DNA of 64,000 bases from Callorhinchus milii (GCF_018977255.1 NW_024704743.1:34350001-34414000), one strand, 5' to 3'. Positions 25,501 to 38,550 are shown, counted from the first letter of the stretch. Numbers and translations are program-made. The notes: generated by a model not told the origin, from the letters alone.

Positions 25501-27198
25501 TCTTTAGTTCATTTAATTCTGCATTCATTTTAAGAACAAGATGTTGTGCATCCTAATTAGCCAGGAGATACGCAGAGTGATCTGCAGTACAGTACATCAG
25601 TTTGAAGCACATTGATGTATCTGACAAATTCATGCAGCCATGCTAATGATTCGGACAGATACCAATAAGAGCAAGTCCAATCAGGGCAAGTGCTTGTGTG
25701 CCAAAAGATTTAACTCAAATGTATTTGACGGAATTAAATCCGTGAGAGGCAAAAAAAAACACGTCATCCTCTACGTTTGGTTGAAGTCTTTCCTGCCAGA
25801 TATCCTCTGCCTGGTTTCTATTGATTTTTATTCCTTATTTGAATAGCTCGAAGTCAGGAAGATGAATTTGTATTCTAGGTTATCAAATCAGTTACAACTG
25901 CATATAAAATGCCCCAAATTCATTGACAATTCTGAGACGCACATAGAAATATCATTATATACACACTTTCTGTTATTTCAATATGCCCCCCAGCTCTATG
26001 TCAAACATAGAATTTACAGTTATTAAATAGAGCTGCAGCATTTATTTTATAGTATTTAAAGGACTGCCTTCAGGAGAAAATATTTTTTTCAAAATGTTAC
26101 AGCCTCAGTTCTGAACACAACAACAACAAAATTACATTTGTATAACGCAGGGCTAAAACACAGCTTGCAGATTGCAGCGTGAACAGCTGTACCTGCAGTG
26201 TTTTGGAAAAAAAACGGTTTCAGCACAGCTCTATTGCCATATTACTGGAATATGAAAGAATTGTGTATCTTAGTGCCTAATGGCATTTGTGTCACCAAGT
26301 TAAGTTTTAATCCTCTGTGTGAAAGTAGAGCAGTTTTCCCTTAATTCATGCCAAGTCTACAGGTAATTCAGTAATTTGTGACTTATTCATTCATTCTGGA
26401 CGACCCGAGTTATTCACAGCGCAGGGAGGAACAGATGGATGGACGTCGGGTAACATACTTTAGTGGCCTTGGCTCCATTGCTCGTGACGTCACTACATAA
26501 TCCAAGAACAAGATAAGTAAAAACATATGGACACGCAGTAACCTGAGACGTGCACAACAGATAGCTGTCCGACTGATCCCTGCGCACAAATCTGGTATGC
26601 TCGACAAGGAACATAGCAATACACATCCCTCCACAAACTGAAGAGGATCATGTGAGATTGAAAGTAAAGGCTCAACTCACTGAGTCAAAACAAAACCATA
26701 AGGTATATTTGTCCTGAATGAGATGAAAACGATCTTCTAAGAAAATTCGGAGGCAAAAAATGTTGCTAATATGTCACAGACATAGACCCTGGGTTGACAA
26801 CAACGGCAACTCTCTCAAAACATGATACCTTGGGTGACAGTATAGTGGTTTTCCTTTTACTGTTATAGCAAGACACCTGCTCAGATGCAAGCTAACTCTT
26901 TACTATGATCCTGGTGTGTGGATCCCCGTACTATCAAAGACATCTCAAAGAGCTTCACAGAATATAGTGTAAAGTGAATTGACTGTATATTTTGTGAGGA
27001 AAATGCAGTTTGTGATTGAAATAGCAGTTGCCGGAAAAACAGCAACATAAACAGTGCCTCAAGATGTAAAGTGCATCCCCGATAGGGAACCCCACGAATG
27101 TCACACCAATGTGCAACAACTTGGCTTCTACCCCAGATCTTGAACATCACGGGGTTCTCCCATTCTGATGCATTTTTCCAGTGGCAAGGCACCATTCA

Positions 27199-28150
27199 GT
27201 GGAGTCTTGTAGCGTAGTCGGCCTTCCCAACTCCTCCCTCCACAGGCTGCAGGTAATCCAGAACTCTGCAGCCCGTGTCCTCTCCCGCACCAGACTCCGC
27301 GACCCCATCTCCCCCATTCTCGCTCGACTCCATTGGCTCCCTATCTTTCAGAGGATCCAGTTCAAGATCCTGGTCCTCACCTACAAAGCCCTCCATGGCC
27401 TCGCCCCACCCTATCTCTGCGACCTCCTAACCCCCTACCAACCCGCCCGCTCCCTCCGCTCAGCCGGCTCTGGCCTGCTCCACGTCCCCGACCCACCCGC
27501 CCCACCACTGGCGGGAGAGCCTTCAGTCACTCTGCCCCCAACCTCTGGAACTCCATCCCCCAATCACTCCAACTCGCCCCCTCCTTAGCCTCTTTCAAGT
27601 CCTGCCTCAAGATCCTCCTCTTCGACCATGCCATCGGCCACCCCCCTTCCCCTCCCTTCCCCCCCCCCAACCCCAGCTCGGGTCTGAAATGCTGTACACT
27701 GTCCAGCGCCTTGAGACGTCCTCCCGACGTGAAAGTGGCTATACAAATGTAATCTTGTTGTTGTTGTTGTAGTGGTTAGCGTGCTTGCCTTGCAAGCGAG
27801 AGGACCCGAGTTCGATTTAATGGTGGGGCGAAACCTTAGGCAAGTGTCCTTACTCCACACGCCTCTGTTAACCAGCAGTAAGTAGGAAGTAACAATCGGT
27901 TGTTAGTTGTTCGATGGATCGCTTTCTAGAGGTAAGAATCCCTCCCTCCCCAAAAAATGTGATCACTCAATCTACGACTGTTTGTGGGTCACGGCTATGT
28001 GCAATTGGCTGCAGAGTGTCGCCAACAAAATTCAGTCTACATACACAAATAAAATACCCCAAATAACACTTAAAATATATTCTGTGAAGTGCTTTGAGAC
28101 GTCTCAATGACATGATAAGCCCCTACATCAAATGCAAGGAATTATTATTT
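27199..28150 (+). mobile_element. tRNA-Ala SINE split by an L2 insertion
   Basis: GTGGAGTCTTGTAGC at 27199 resumes as GTAGTGGTTAG at 27769. Confidence 0.85.
27219..27768 (+). mobile_element. Young L2 3' fragment inserted into a SINE A-box
   Basis: LQVIQNSAAR...LHWLP, hairpin and (TTG)n tail; GTAGT duplicated on both sides. Confidence 0.9.
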
Positions 28151-31100
28151 TTTATGCTATCATTTTACCTACAAGCCCAATATTTTTATGCATAAAAAGC
28201 GACAAACTCAGCCCGAGAGGAGAACCTAGGTAGAGTGTGAACCACTGCGTACTTCCATTCAGTTCAAGGTCCAAGGAGGCTAAGCAGCTTGAAAAATATA
28301 TTAAAGATAACCTTCCTGAAAACACAAGCTTTCCTCCAGGCACAGCTGTTACTGAATGCTTAGGACTGGAAACAACAGGAGAAAGCAGAATAGCCCAATA
28401 ATTAGGATTCATTAATATTGATTTTGAGCGGATAAATTGCTGTGCAACATGCTAGTTACAAGCTGTAGCCAATGTTTGTGTGACAATGTCTTAACTGTAA
28501 ACTACTGTGCATAAAGACAACAAACTGAAATCTTTCTCAGCCAATACATTTCAGAAGTTGATATTGTGTCTGTTATTTGGTGGAGCCAAAGCTGACCCTT
28601 TCTCTCCTCCCCATTCGAGAAGGGAATTTCTCCCAGTGTCCTGGCTAACAATCCCGCAAATAGAATCGGTCCATCGTTTGTTTCATGGCTGTTTGTGGGA
28701 CACTGCTGTGTGCAATAGGCCAATAGGCTGCCACATTCGCTCACAAATATACAGTCACTACACTTCACAGTAAAAAAATACAATAATTATTTTTTCATTT
28801 ACCACCCAAAAAGGATACAGTTCAAGATCATAGGAGATGTAGTGCCTTATATGAATTTTGCGTGCCTCCATAAAAGAAAAGTTCATGAAAATCTTTTGAT
28901 TTATAACAAATAGGTTACATGGGTGGAAGAACAACAACAACAACAACAACAAGATTCCATTTATAGAGCGCCTTTCACGTCAGGAGGACGTCCCAAGGCG
29001 CTGCACAGTTGGGTCATGACCCGAGCAGGGGGAATTGGTAGTGGAATTAGTAAGGAATGAGCAATAATCTTGCATCGACTATTGTCAACATGAAGTCAGA
29101 AGCATTATTGCCTCTTACATCTCATTTCGCCCATTAGAATTAAATATTTGATTACAGTCCCAGATGCAAACACCTACGATGTTAAAGGTAACAGTTCACT
29201 CTTGACTGGCATTTATGACTCATCAAGGTCAATGTCTGTGCGTAGGCAATAACTTGTGTTCCCTCTGTAGCAGAGAAGCTGAAATCAGAGCAGGGGAAGC
29301 TGTGGTGGTGATGGAGGAGTCAGTGTTTGATCACCTTAATGCTAAGAACCAAATAATAATAATAATAATAATCACGTCACACTCAGATACAGATCTTAAA
29401 CCATACCATGTTGTTGGCTCTGGAAGCAATTATCATAATTTCCCAAGATTGGTCTCTTTTCATTTGGTAGACTGTAGAAAGCTGGGGTTACGCAGTGATT
29501 GTGACCTACAGAGCAACACAATGCCACTTTTTAACAGAGGTTTTGCCTCAATAATAACCTTCACTAAACATATGTGGATTTTCTCCAACACGTTCCTAAA
29601 TGTAATACACATTTCAAAAATATTACTTCGGGCAGCTTTTTGAAACCTAAATATTACTTAAGAACTTTTAATCTGAATACAAATGTAAAGGGCTAAGTAG
29701 AATGTACACTGCGAACCACTGACTATTTACTGTATCACAAAGTTATAAACCTGCCAACATGTCACAAAGATTATGATCTTTCATTCAGTAAAACTGACCC
29801 TTTTGAAAATAGTTCCTATCCTCGGACCATGGAAAAACACAAAGCCCGCTACTTGAGGAGAAGATATTTAAAATGAACTGTTAAGAAGCCTCGGAACAAA
29901 TTTCAACTGGAGAATAGTATTTTGTGCATGAGGTTCACAAGGTCTCAATTATGCAATGGGCTGTGCCTCAAGGTTTCATGTCCTTAGAAACAAACTGTCC
30001 TGATGCAAGATGTACAGTTAATTTGCAGCAAATGTGTGGCAGCTCAAGTTCTAATGGCATCGCCTGCATCAAAACAAATTGATCTCTGCAATGTGATTTG
30101 CACTGACCATTGAAAAATAAATCGACACACACAGATGATCCACTGGTTTAATGAATCAGTGTGTCCATGTCCTTGAATGCCCTCTTTCAAAAATGTAATT
30201 GAAAGCCATTGATTTACACTACTTTAGTTTCTCACATTAAAATAAAGCAAAGAACTTCAGATCAACTATTTAATTTATACACCCATAAGTTAAGGATTTG
30301 CTGACATATTAACTTAAGGGAAGAGTTCAGACTTGAACACCAATCTCTGAATGCAAGATTATATATATTTAGCAATGCCCTAAAGGAAAATGTCATAGTT
30401 GTTCATTTGCATCAATTAAACATTTCTGATTTATTTCTGCATTGTATAAATAATGATAATGCTCTTCATTACAACTCTGTTTTGCCTACAAGTTGTGTGT
30501 CCTATGGATCTACTGCCAACTTTCTGCATTGTGCGTTAGGCGTTCTAATGTCCTTGCGATAGGAGGTTTGGTTGTGGCAAACCACGATCTAATCTGTTCG
30601 CAGTAATAGGTTTGGTAGTGCAAACTGTGATGATATCAATACAATACAAATTTACATTTATATACTGCCTTTCACACTGGGAGGACGCCTCAAGGTGCTT
30701 GACAGTCCTGTATAGGTATTGATCACTCGATTGGTGATGTCATGACGCTGAAGTGCTGGCCAGCAACTGTGCCTCATTGTAGTGCTGGTTTAGCTTTTAT
30801 ACATCCCAATTTCCATGTTATAACAGTGCTGCCCTGTATTGTGACAGCTGCCTCAATCAACACCTCCTTGGCGCTGTGATGTTTTGCTGAGATATCCCAA
30901 GTCGGTGGTTATAGAACAAAGATTGAAAAATACTGTGGTAGTTCTTAATTTATTTACAGCTCCAATTCACAATACGAAAGGGTAGTGGGAAAGAGCAGGG
31001 AATTGGAATCAGGGTATGTAACTCCAGTGGCCAAACTAACAGCAGCAGAGGCTTGGTGAGCTGAATGGCTCCTTCTGTTCTGCAACTTTTATCTACCCTC

Positions 31101-33460
31101 AGTAAAATATTTTTTGCACAATGGTGTAATGCTGTTGAATGCACTGATCCAGAATCACAAAGGAATGGTGAGCCGTCTGCAAAAATACCACGAACAACAA
31201 GCAGCTTCAGCAAACAAGGTCACATAGATGGGAGAAACAATGAATTCCAATATCAGTCGCAAGGAACCTTTCCATACTTTGCTATTCACTACACACACAC
31301 ACACAGGACCTTGACGGCACATGGTTTCACTGTGGTTATGTCAAAACTCCTGCTTGTGAATAAGGCACAATGTTGGATGATAGAATATGAAACGTAGAAG
31401 GCATACAGATATTGGCAGGTTAACAACAACAACTGGAGTGCTTGAAGATTAATGGAACGTATAGGGCATGTCACTACCCTTAAGTATATGGATGAAAAAT
31501 AACCACTATTTTTTAAACACATATCTGTAAGTTTTAAAATCTCATCACACGTAGGCATCAAAGTTAAACAGAAATGAATGACTGTTACTTGTTTTAGTTA
31601 AGTTACGTGTGCTTATGCTTGTTAGCTAGTCTTACCTGTAGAACTACAATCCTAATTAAATGAAGTTGAGTTGCAGAATCTCTAACTAACCGTGACAGAT
31701 GTTACGGGCAATTGGTATATCTCTAGATAAAATGTTATGGGAAAATGCCAGTATCCCATGTGCTAGACAAAATGTTCTGTTAATTGTTGATGTACTAGTC
31801 CTGTATTGTCAGCCTAGGGCTCCAGTCCAGCCTGATTAAACTATTATCAGGTGGGTGAAGACTTGCGGATCTGCACATATTAGTCTAATGTAAAAAAGGG
31901 AACCTTTATAAAAAAGTATAGCTGAGCCACTTCAGTTCAGTCTTTGGTTCAGTCCAAGTTAGCGAGAGCCACTAGATTTTTTGCTCCTCCAAGAAGGCAG
32001 AACTTCTACCCAAGGTTTAGTGACTCGAGCCATTCATCTATCGAAGACTGGGAGTCACCAGCAATGTTTAATTCCACTGCTGCTTGACTCCCAGGCTTCA
32101 ACGGAGTGGTTTGGCCCACTGCTGGCCACACCTTCGACCCCAACAAAGGACCAAATTCCTCATGATTTTATTCTTAAAACTTCTTACTTAAAATATAAGA
32201 TCGTACAGAATTTTGGAAAGCAGTCCGACCCAGTCTTAATATGGAAGCTGGATTTTTCACAGGACTGATCTATACTTTATGGAAACCATCGCTTTCAGGA
32301 CAAGAGGGGATAAAGGTTGAAGGCCACCATTGCTACAGAATTTCCTATGGTTGGTGCATAAGCTCCTCTACCTTTCTCTCTTCAGCACAAATGAGGGAAG
32401 GACTCTGAAAAGAAGCAGGACAAGTGCAGTACATTTTGATGACAAACATTGAAAGTCATCAGAACATAGCAACCTTTATTGGGGTTTAAAACTAAATATT
32501 GGCATGAATCTTTCCCATATCAGCAAGGTCAAGTGAGCACCAACTCAAAAACTGGCATTTAGCACCACTCCTTCAGATAGCTGATACCTTTTATACTACG
32601 CTTTTAGAGATGGTTCATTGCCATTTCCATGGTAATGTTGATTCAGTTTCCATGGTAATATTCTGGTTGGGTCGATTTGATTTCAAGCCCCGATTCTGAA
32701 CCTGCATCCAATGGCTGGTTTCAGTAGTGCACTCATGTTGTCATTCATTGCATTAATCAGGCAAAACTTGCAACTGGTTTCAAAGGTTTAAGTTTAAAAG
32801 TTCCTGGATAATTCTTAAAAAGAACAATTTCCAGGTTCAGACTTAATTAAAGATTTTTTCCAAAGTTCAGCACAGTTTCCAATGGTCATTCACCTATAAA
32901 CTACAATAACAACTTGCATTTATATAACCCTCTTCATGCAGGGTAAGCATCTCTGATGCTTAATCAGTCACAACAACAACAGCTCACATTTATTTAGTGT
33001 CTTGAGTGGAAGATAACTGTTAGCTGACACCTCCCCCTACAGTGCACAGCACAAATCTTCACATTCAGCACAGGAAACAGATGGGGGGATGGGGGTAGGA
33101 TAATGTGCCAGGGACTTCTCTAGTGACCAGGGTACGTACTCTGCAGCAATCTGGAAATATGTATGTACTGTTATCTCCAGAATTGTGACTTTATTTTTCT
33201 CGTCACCGCCTTTGGTGTTGTGCGGGAAAGTCTACAGAGCACAACAATGCAAAATCAGAAAAGAACAGTGGTCACCATCACTGGAATCAGTGGGAGACGT
33301 GTACACCTTGCTCTCTCCGGCACAATGCTTTCAGAGGAGGGGAGGGAAAATCATCTCAAGTCTCTCTGGATAAAGAGCTGCCACATTCCCATTCCAATGT
33401 TACTGTCATTTACAACAGTGACTGTCCTCCAGGGGTGGGGGAGAGGTAAGCGGGGTCAAG

Positions 33461-33935
33461 GTGACATTTTTGGCAACAGAATTTCGGAATCCAGTCAGCC
33501 TGGTTCATTGACAGGATATGGGACATGGAAGGGCAGACCAGTTACTGGGGGCAGAGAATCACCCCCTTTAGCTCCTGTTAACCCTGCAAGGCAAAGCCCT
33601 AACAAATAGGTGGTCCTAACTGGACAAGCAGTGGGAAAGCTTACCAGATAGTGCTTTCAATGGCAAGCTTGGTGGTTTTAGCTGGTTAGACTCCAGCAGT
33701 ACCGCAATACACACTCTGGGGTCCCCAAGCCTTGGCACTGGCCAACCTGCACCTAATACTTTCTGGAATTGGGTAAGCAGGATGCGTTCCTCAGGGAGAG
33801 AGTGCGCATTCCATTCCAACGATCTATCTCTGGGATTTCCATGTGAAGGTGGGATGTGTGGAAATTTTAGCTTTGTTTGGATACTCATAAACATGGTGAT
33901 GGGTTTCAGCATATAGTCATACGGCTAACCAAAAA
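33461..33935 (+). repeat. Unclassified interspersed element (copies ~1280-1530+, 1600-2100-, 6835-7265+, 9575-9655+, 12400-12465-, 38865-39445-)
   Basis: Shared blocks such as CTGCTGGAGTCTAACCAGCTA, CTTGTCCAGCTAGGA, GTTAACAGGAG, CTGCCCCTAGTGA. Confidence 0.85.
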
Positions 33936-34740
33936 CAATTGACAAGAGTGCTGTAATATAAGCTCGCCATGAAAGCAGAAGTGTCTGTGAGCGGACTGGT
34001 GTGTCTGTCGCACGTTTCTAACTCCACTATCCACCAATGTGTATGCCCTCTCTCTGCACTTCATAACTCAAGCTCCCGTCATACCTTCAGGGCACGACAA
34101 GTTTGCAGGGCTATGGGGAGACAGCGGAGGAGTGGGATTGAATTGGATAGCTCTTTTCAAAGAGACGGCACAGACACGACGGGCCGAATGGCCTCCTTTT
34201 GAGCTGTACAATTCTATGATTCTATGGATGTTAAAGATTCTGTGACACTGTTCAAACAGAGAAAGTGTCCAGTGTTCTCACTGACCATTTCCCATATTAA
34301 TTATTCATGCACTTCATGGCTGCTTGTGGCACATTGCTGCCTGCAAAATTGCTGCTGCCTTTGCCTACTTGACAGCAATTACCCGGGGGATAATTTAAAA
34401 TTTTTTGAATTTCTAGCTGCTATATTAATTGCAAGACTATGACTATGTATTACCATACATATCAAATTACAGTATTTTCATATCACCAAATGCTGATATC
34501 TGTACTGAACATGTATCCTCACAATTTACCCTAGGGATTATCCGGTCACAGCATACATATCCAGGTAATCTCTCGGGTAAATTGTTAAAGGCAAATCCAA
34601 ATAAATATAACAGAAAGATGTGGAAGTTTTGATGAGGTACTTTCTGCTCTCTATCCTTGAGGCAAAAGCATGGATCTCAGTAGGTTTGGATGAAGGCCAC
34701 CGTAGCATTTTTAATCTCAAATCAGAATTCCTACCCTATC

Positions 34741-35166
34741 GTGTGTCAGCCTGGCTCAGAGTTAGCATTCTCGCCTCCGAGTCCATAGGTTATGGATTCA
34801 AGCCCCATGTCGGGACTTGGAATCGCATAGTCTAAGATGCAGTGCTGGGGGAGTGTTGCATTGTTGCAAGTGCAGTCATTCAGATGAGACGTTTAAAAAA
34901 AAATGAGATACCGTCTGGCTGCTCAGTGGATGTTAAAGATCTCATGGTACTATTTGAAAAGAGAAGGGGGTTTCTCCCGGTGTCCTGGCTAACAGATTCC
35001 CCAAATAACTCAGTCTGTTTCGATGTTTGTGGGACACTGCTGTGCGCAAAACTGACCGCTTGGTTCTGCCCACAAATCAGTCAATCCACTTTACAGTATA
35101 TTCTGTGAAAAGCTTTGAGACATCTCGACGACGTAATCAAATACAAGGATTTTTATTATTATTATT
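34741..35166 (+). mobile_element. SacSINE1-like Deu-SINE
   Basis: Same organisation. Further copies at ~20500-20767, 23275-23690, 38595-38850, 50890-51260, 52175-52560(-), 53120-53390, 56600-56960. Confidence 0.8.
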
Positions 35167-35483
35167 ACCGTCTACTCATTGCAATATCAAGCTCTCTCTT
35201 AGACGAGTCCAGGAACTTGGCTAATACCACCTTTCCTAGTGATACTTTCAGCTGTTAATTTCTCTCTGCGTAAAGAAATATTTTCTAGTAAATATTTTCT
35301 AAAGTTGCCCTCCCCAACTCAGGACCTGCATCTTCTTGTCGGGCTGCTTTATCAGGCATGTCTGGAATGGTTATTTTCAATTTACTTTCTCCATCTCATT
35401 CCGCATCTTTAGCAGAATCCAGAATGAAATAGAACATTACAAAAATTCTTTAGAAATGCAACCAGGACTCGCTCATTTCTTAC

Positions 35484-35683
35484 CAATGTGCTCCTCGCGC
35501 TTCTGTATTTCTTCAGTTGTCGGACATGCTTCAGCCTAAGTTTCCCGTTGGAGACTTCGTAACGGAGCAGCCTTTTTATCCGTTGAGTCATCTTCACTTT
35601 GGCTTTTATTCGTACTCTGTGGTTTCCAGGACGAAAGTACTGGTAACACTGACTGCATACACCTTCTGTTTTAACTTTTGAAT
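35484..35683 (-). CDS. C18orf21: C18orf21/RMP24 coding exon 3 (DSKVKTEGVCSQCYQYFRPGNHRVRIKAK...KKYRSARSTL), first CxxC
   Basis: 200-nt AG/GT-bounded exon within ORF 35409-35723. CSQC...RVRIK matches human CPYC...RVRLK. Confidence 0.93.
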
Positions 35684-35761
35684 CTGTAAGGAAACGTCTA
35701 TAAATTAATCTGGCAGACTGCAATGTTGATTAAAATCAATAAAGGAGAATTTTATACTGAC

Positions 35762-35784
35762 CTGCTGCAGAATAGTATTTCCAT
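35762..35784 (-). CDS. C18orf21: C18orf21/RMP24 coding exon 2, 23-nt micro-exon (WKYYSAA)
   Basis: tttcag|ATGGAAATACTATTCTGCAGCAG|gtcagt. Restores the frame between the flanking exons and matches the position of human LWAYTSSHD. Confidence 0.88.
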
Positions 35785-36799
35785 CTGAAAAGATAAAAAT
35801 AAGATTACAATTCAAAAGTCAATTAATGTGTTTTTGGACAGAATTACTTGCATGGAGTGGCGTTTCCAGAATTTCATAAAATATTACAAAAAACATACTG
35901 TAGATCCAGATTTATTTTGATGCCCAATTCATTACACAAAAGGTTCACTGCCTTAAATGTTCATACAACTGCTAGGGATTGTACTCATCTATTGCATAAT
36001 ATTAAACATAGGTTTTATTTACTGCAAACCTTCTAAGCAAGACTGTAGCAAAAATACCAGTCATAAGGACATAAGAGACTCATGTATAATAATAATGTAA
36101 TATGATGCTTAATGGGAGAGAAAGTAAACCAGCACAACACGTTAGACTTGCCAAGGCTGCAGGACAAGCACAGGTTCAAGAATGTGAAGGGGAATTTTAG
36201 GACCAACCAGACAGAATATCTTAACACATAAGGTAGCTAGCTAACAACCAGGACTGGTAAAACCAAGCCTTCAGCAGGAGAAGATTGCAGATTCAATACA
36301 CATTCTGTGATGAGTCAGCTGATCTCAGCTGGGGCAGCAGTGAGGATGGGAGAGTAGTCAAAGCAACAATAAAATCAGTCAGCGTTCTCATTCCCTGCTG
36401 TTATCTGCTGCAAAGTGTTAGTGTTGGGCATCAGGTGCGGACTGTGATTTGGCTATATTGACAGGCTGCCTTGACCACCTCTTCCAGCCCACAGCTGAAC
36501 AGTCTCTGGTGATCGAGGTGTACTCCAACAAAGGGAGTCACTCACAGCCTTCAAGAGGAAATTGGCAAAGAAAGAAAATTGCTGCAAGAAGCAAATCTTC
36601 CAGCTATTTCTATAACAGCCTTAGCTTTAAAACATTGCTCCCCAAAAGGAATATATTATGTGCAGGTACATATAGCAGAACAACAACAAATTGCATTTAT
36701 ATAGCGCCTCTTACAAAGGGTAGCATCCCAGAAAACCCCATTATAACATTGGTCGACTTATAAGGAGGTGAATCTCGGCTTTATAAAATGGGTCAGTGA

Positions 36800-37290
36800 C
36801 AACAACAACAGGATTACATTTGTATAGCGCTGGACAGTGTACAGCATTTCAGACCCGAGCTGGAGTCAGGGGGAGAAGGGAGGGGAAGGGGGGTGACCAA
36901 TGGCATTGTCGAAGAGGAGGGTTTAGAGGCGGGACTTGAAGGAGGCTAAGGAGGGGGCGAGGCGGAGTGATTGGGGGATGGAGTTCCAGAGGTTGGGGGC
37001 AAAGTGGCTAAAGGCTCTCCCGTCAACGGTGGGTTGGGGGACGTGGAGCAGGCAGAGCCGGCTGAGCGGAAGGAACGGGCGGGTTGGTAGGGGGTTAGGA
37101 GGTCGCAGAGGTAGGGTGGGGCGAGGCCATGGAGGGATTTGTATGTGAGGACCAGGATCTTGAACTGGATCCTCTGAAGGATAGGGAGCTAATGGAGCCG
37201 GGGAGAATGGGGGAGATTGGGTCACAGAGTTTGGTGTGGGAGAGGACATGCAGAGTTCTGGATTATCTGTAGCCTGTGGAGGGAGGAGTA
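36800..37290 (-). mobile_element. L2 3' fragment
   Basis: Close match to 27219-27768 in reverse orientation. Confidence 0.88.
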
Positions 37291-37342
37291 ATGTGTTGAG
37301 GTAGGAGGAATAGTCTGGAGTTGGCTAAAACTGTGCACTTAC

Positions 37343-37431
37343 AAGAGGTAGCGAGCTTCTGCCGGGCACGTATCTTGCAGCTGAAGAGCTGAATTCAGAA
37401 GAAATTGCTGCTTTTTCTTTTCATCATTCAT
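37343..37431 (-). CDS. C18orf21: C18orf21/RMP24 orthologue, coding exon 1 (MNDEKKKQQFLLNSALQLQDTCPAEARYL-L)
   Basis: Minus strand: acceptor ttgcag|c, ATG at 37431, 89 coding nt, donor GTAAGT. Resembles the recalled human N-terminus (YLEAAARGLHDSCPGQARYLL). Phase 2 joins the next exon. Confidence 0.92.
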
Positions 37432-38104
37432 GCTGCAATATCAATCAATAGCAAGAGATTTAAAAAAAAGAAAAAAGATATTAATAAGCATCCAATCATT
37501 GGATGCCAGGGTATCAGAAGATTATTCACACAATAAGGATTGAGTATTAACATTAAAATGGAAACTTGGCCTGTGTGGTCCTGGTGTTGGCTTGTCATGA
37601 GGAGATGAGGGGAGTTCAAATTCCAGGCTTAGACTTGGAATTCTTCCAACTAAGTAGTGTTCTGCCAGATCCACCCGCACTGTGCGAAAAGGTGAACGAC
37701 CACTCCCAAGCTGAATCCTGTTTATACGAATAGCTGGAATATTCACTTTTGACAGACCATATAACAACAAGTTGCATTTATATAGCGCCTTTCAAGTCGG
37801 GAGGACATGCCAAGATGATGGACAGTCGAAGGTTTGCAGCTGAGCTAGGGGTTGGATTCGGGATCGGTGGAAGCGAAGAGGAGGTGAGGGAAAGGGGCGA
37901 GGTGAAGAGACTCTGGAATGGAGTTCAAGAGAGTGGGGCAGATAGGCTGAAGGCCCAATACAAGGAGCGCATTGGAATCTGGAGGCTGAACTGTTTCATT
38001 CAGCTAATCAAGTCTGGAGGTGAAGCTAGAAATAAGCTTGGAAGCATGAACAAAAGACAAAAATGCACAAACATTTGAAAAAAATTATATTAAATCATAT
38101 CCAT

Positions 38105-38550
38105 AAAACAACAATAAAATTACATTTGTATAGTACCTTTCACATCGGGACGATGTCCCAAGGTGCTGGACAATCAGTGATTCAGAACCGAGACGGGGAT
38201 CCGGGTTGGGGAGGGTGGAGGGCGGGGAGGGGGAGCTCGCTCCCTCCACTCAGCCGGCTCCGGCCTGCTCCACGTCCCCCGCCCCACCATTGGCGGAAAA
38301 GCCTTCAGCCACTCTGCCCCCAATCTCTGGCATTCCATCCCCCAATCACTCCGTCTCGCTCCCTCCTTAGCCTCCTTCAAGTCCCGCCTCAAGACCCTCC
38401 TCTTCGACCATGCCATTGGCCACCCCCCTTCCCCTCCCCCCCCTTGTCGGCCCTGACCCCAGCTTGTGTCTGAAATGCTGTGCACTGTCCAGCGCCTTGG
38501 GACGTCCTCCCGACGTGAAAGGCGCTATACAAATGTAATCTTGTTTTTGT
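38105..38550. mobile_element. Two L2 3' fragments back to back (minus ~38105-38235, plus ~38236-38550)
   Basis: L2 tails point outward at both ends. Confidence 0.82.
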
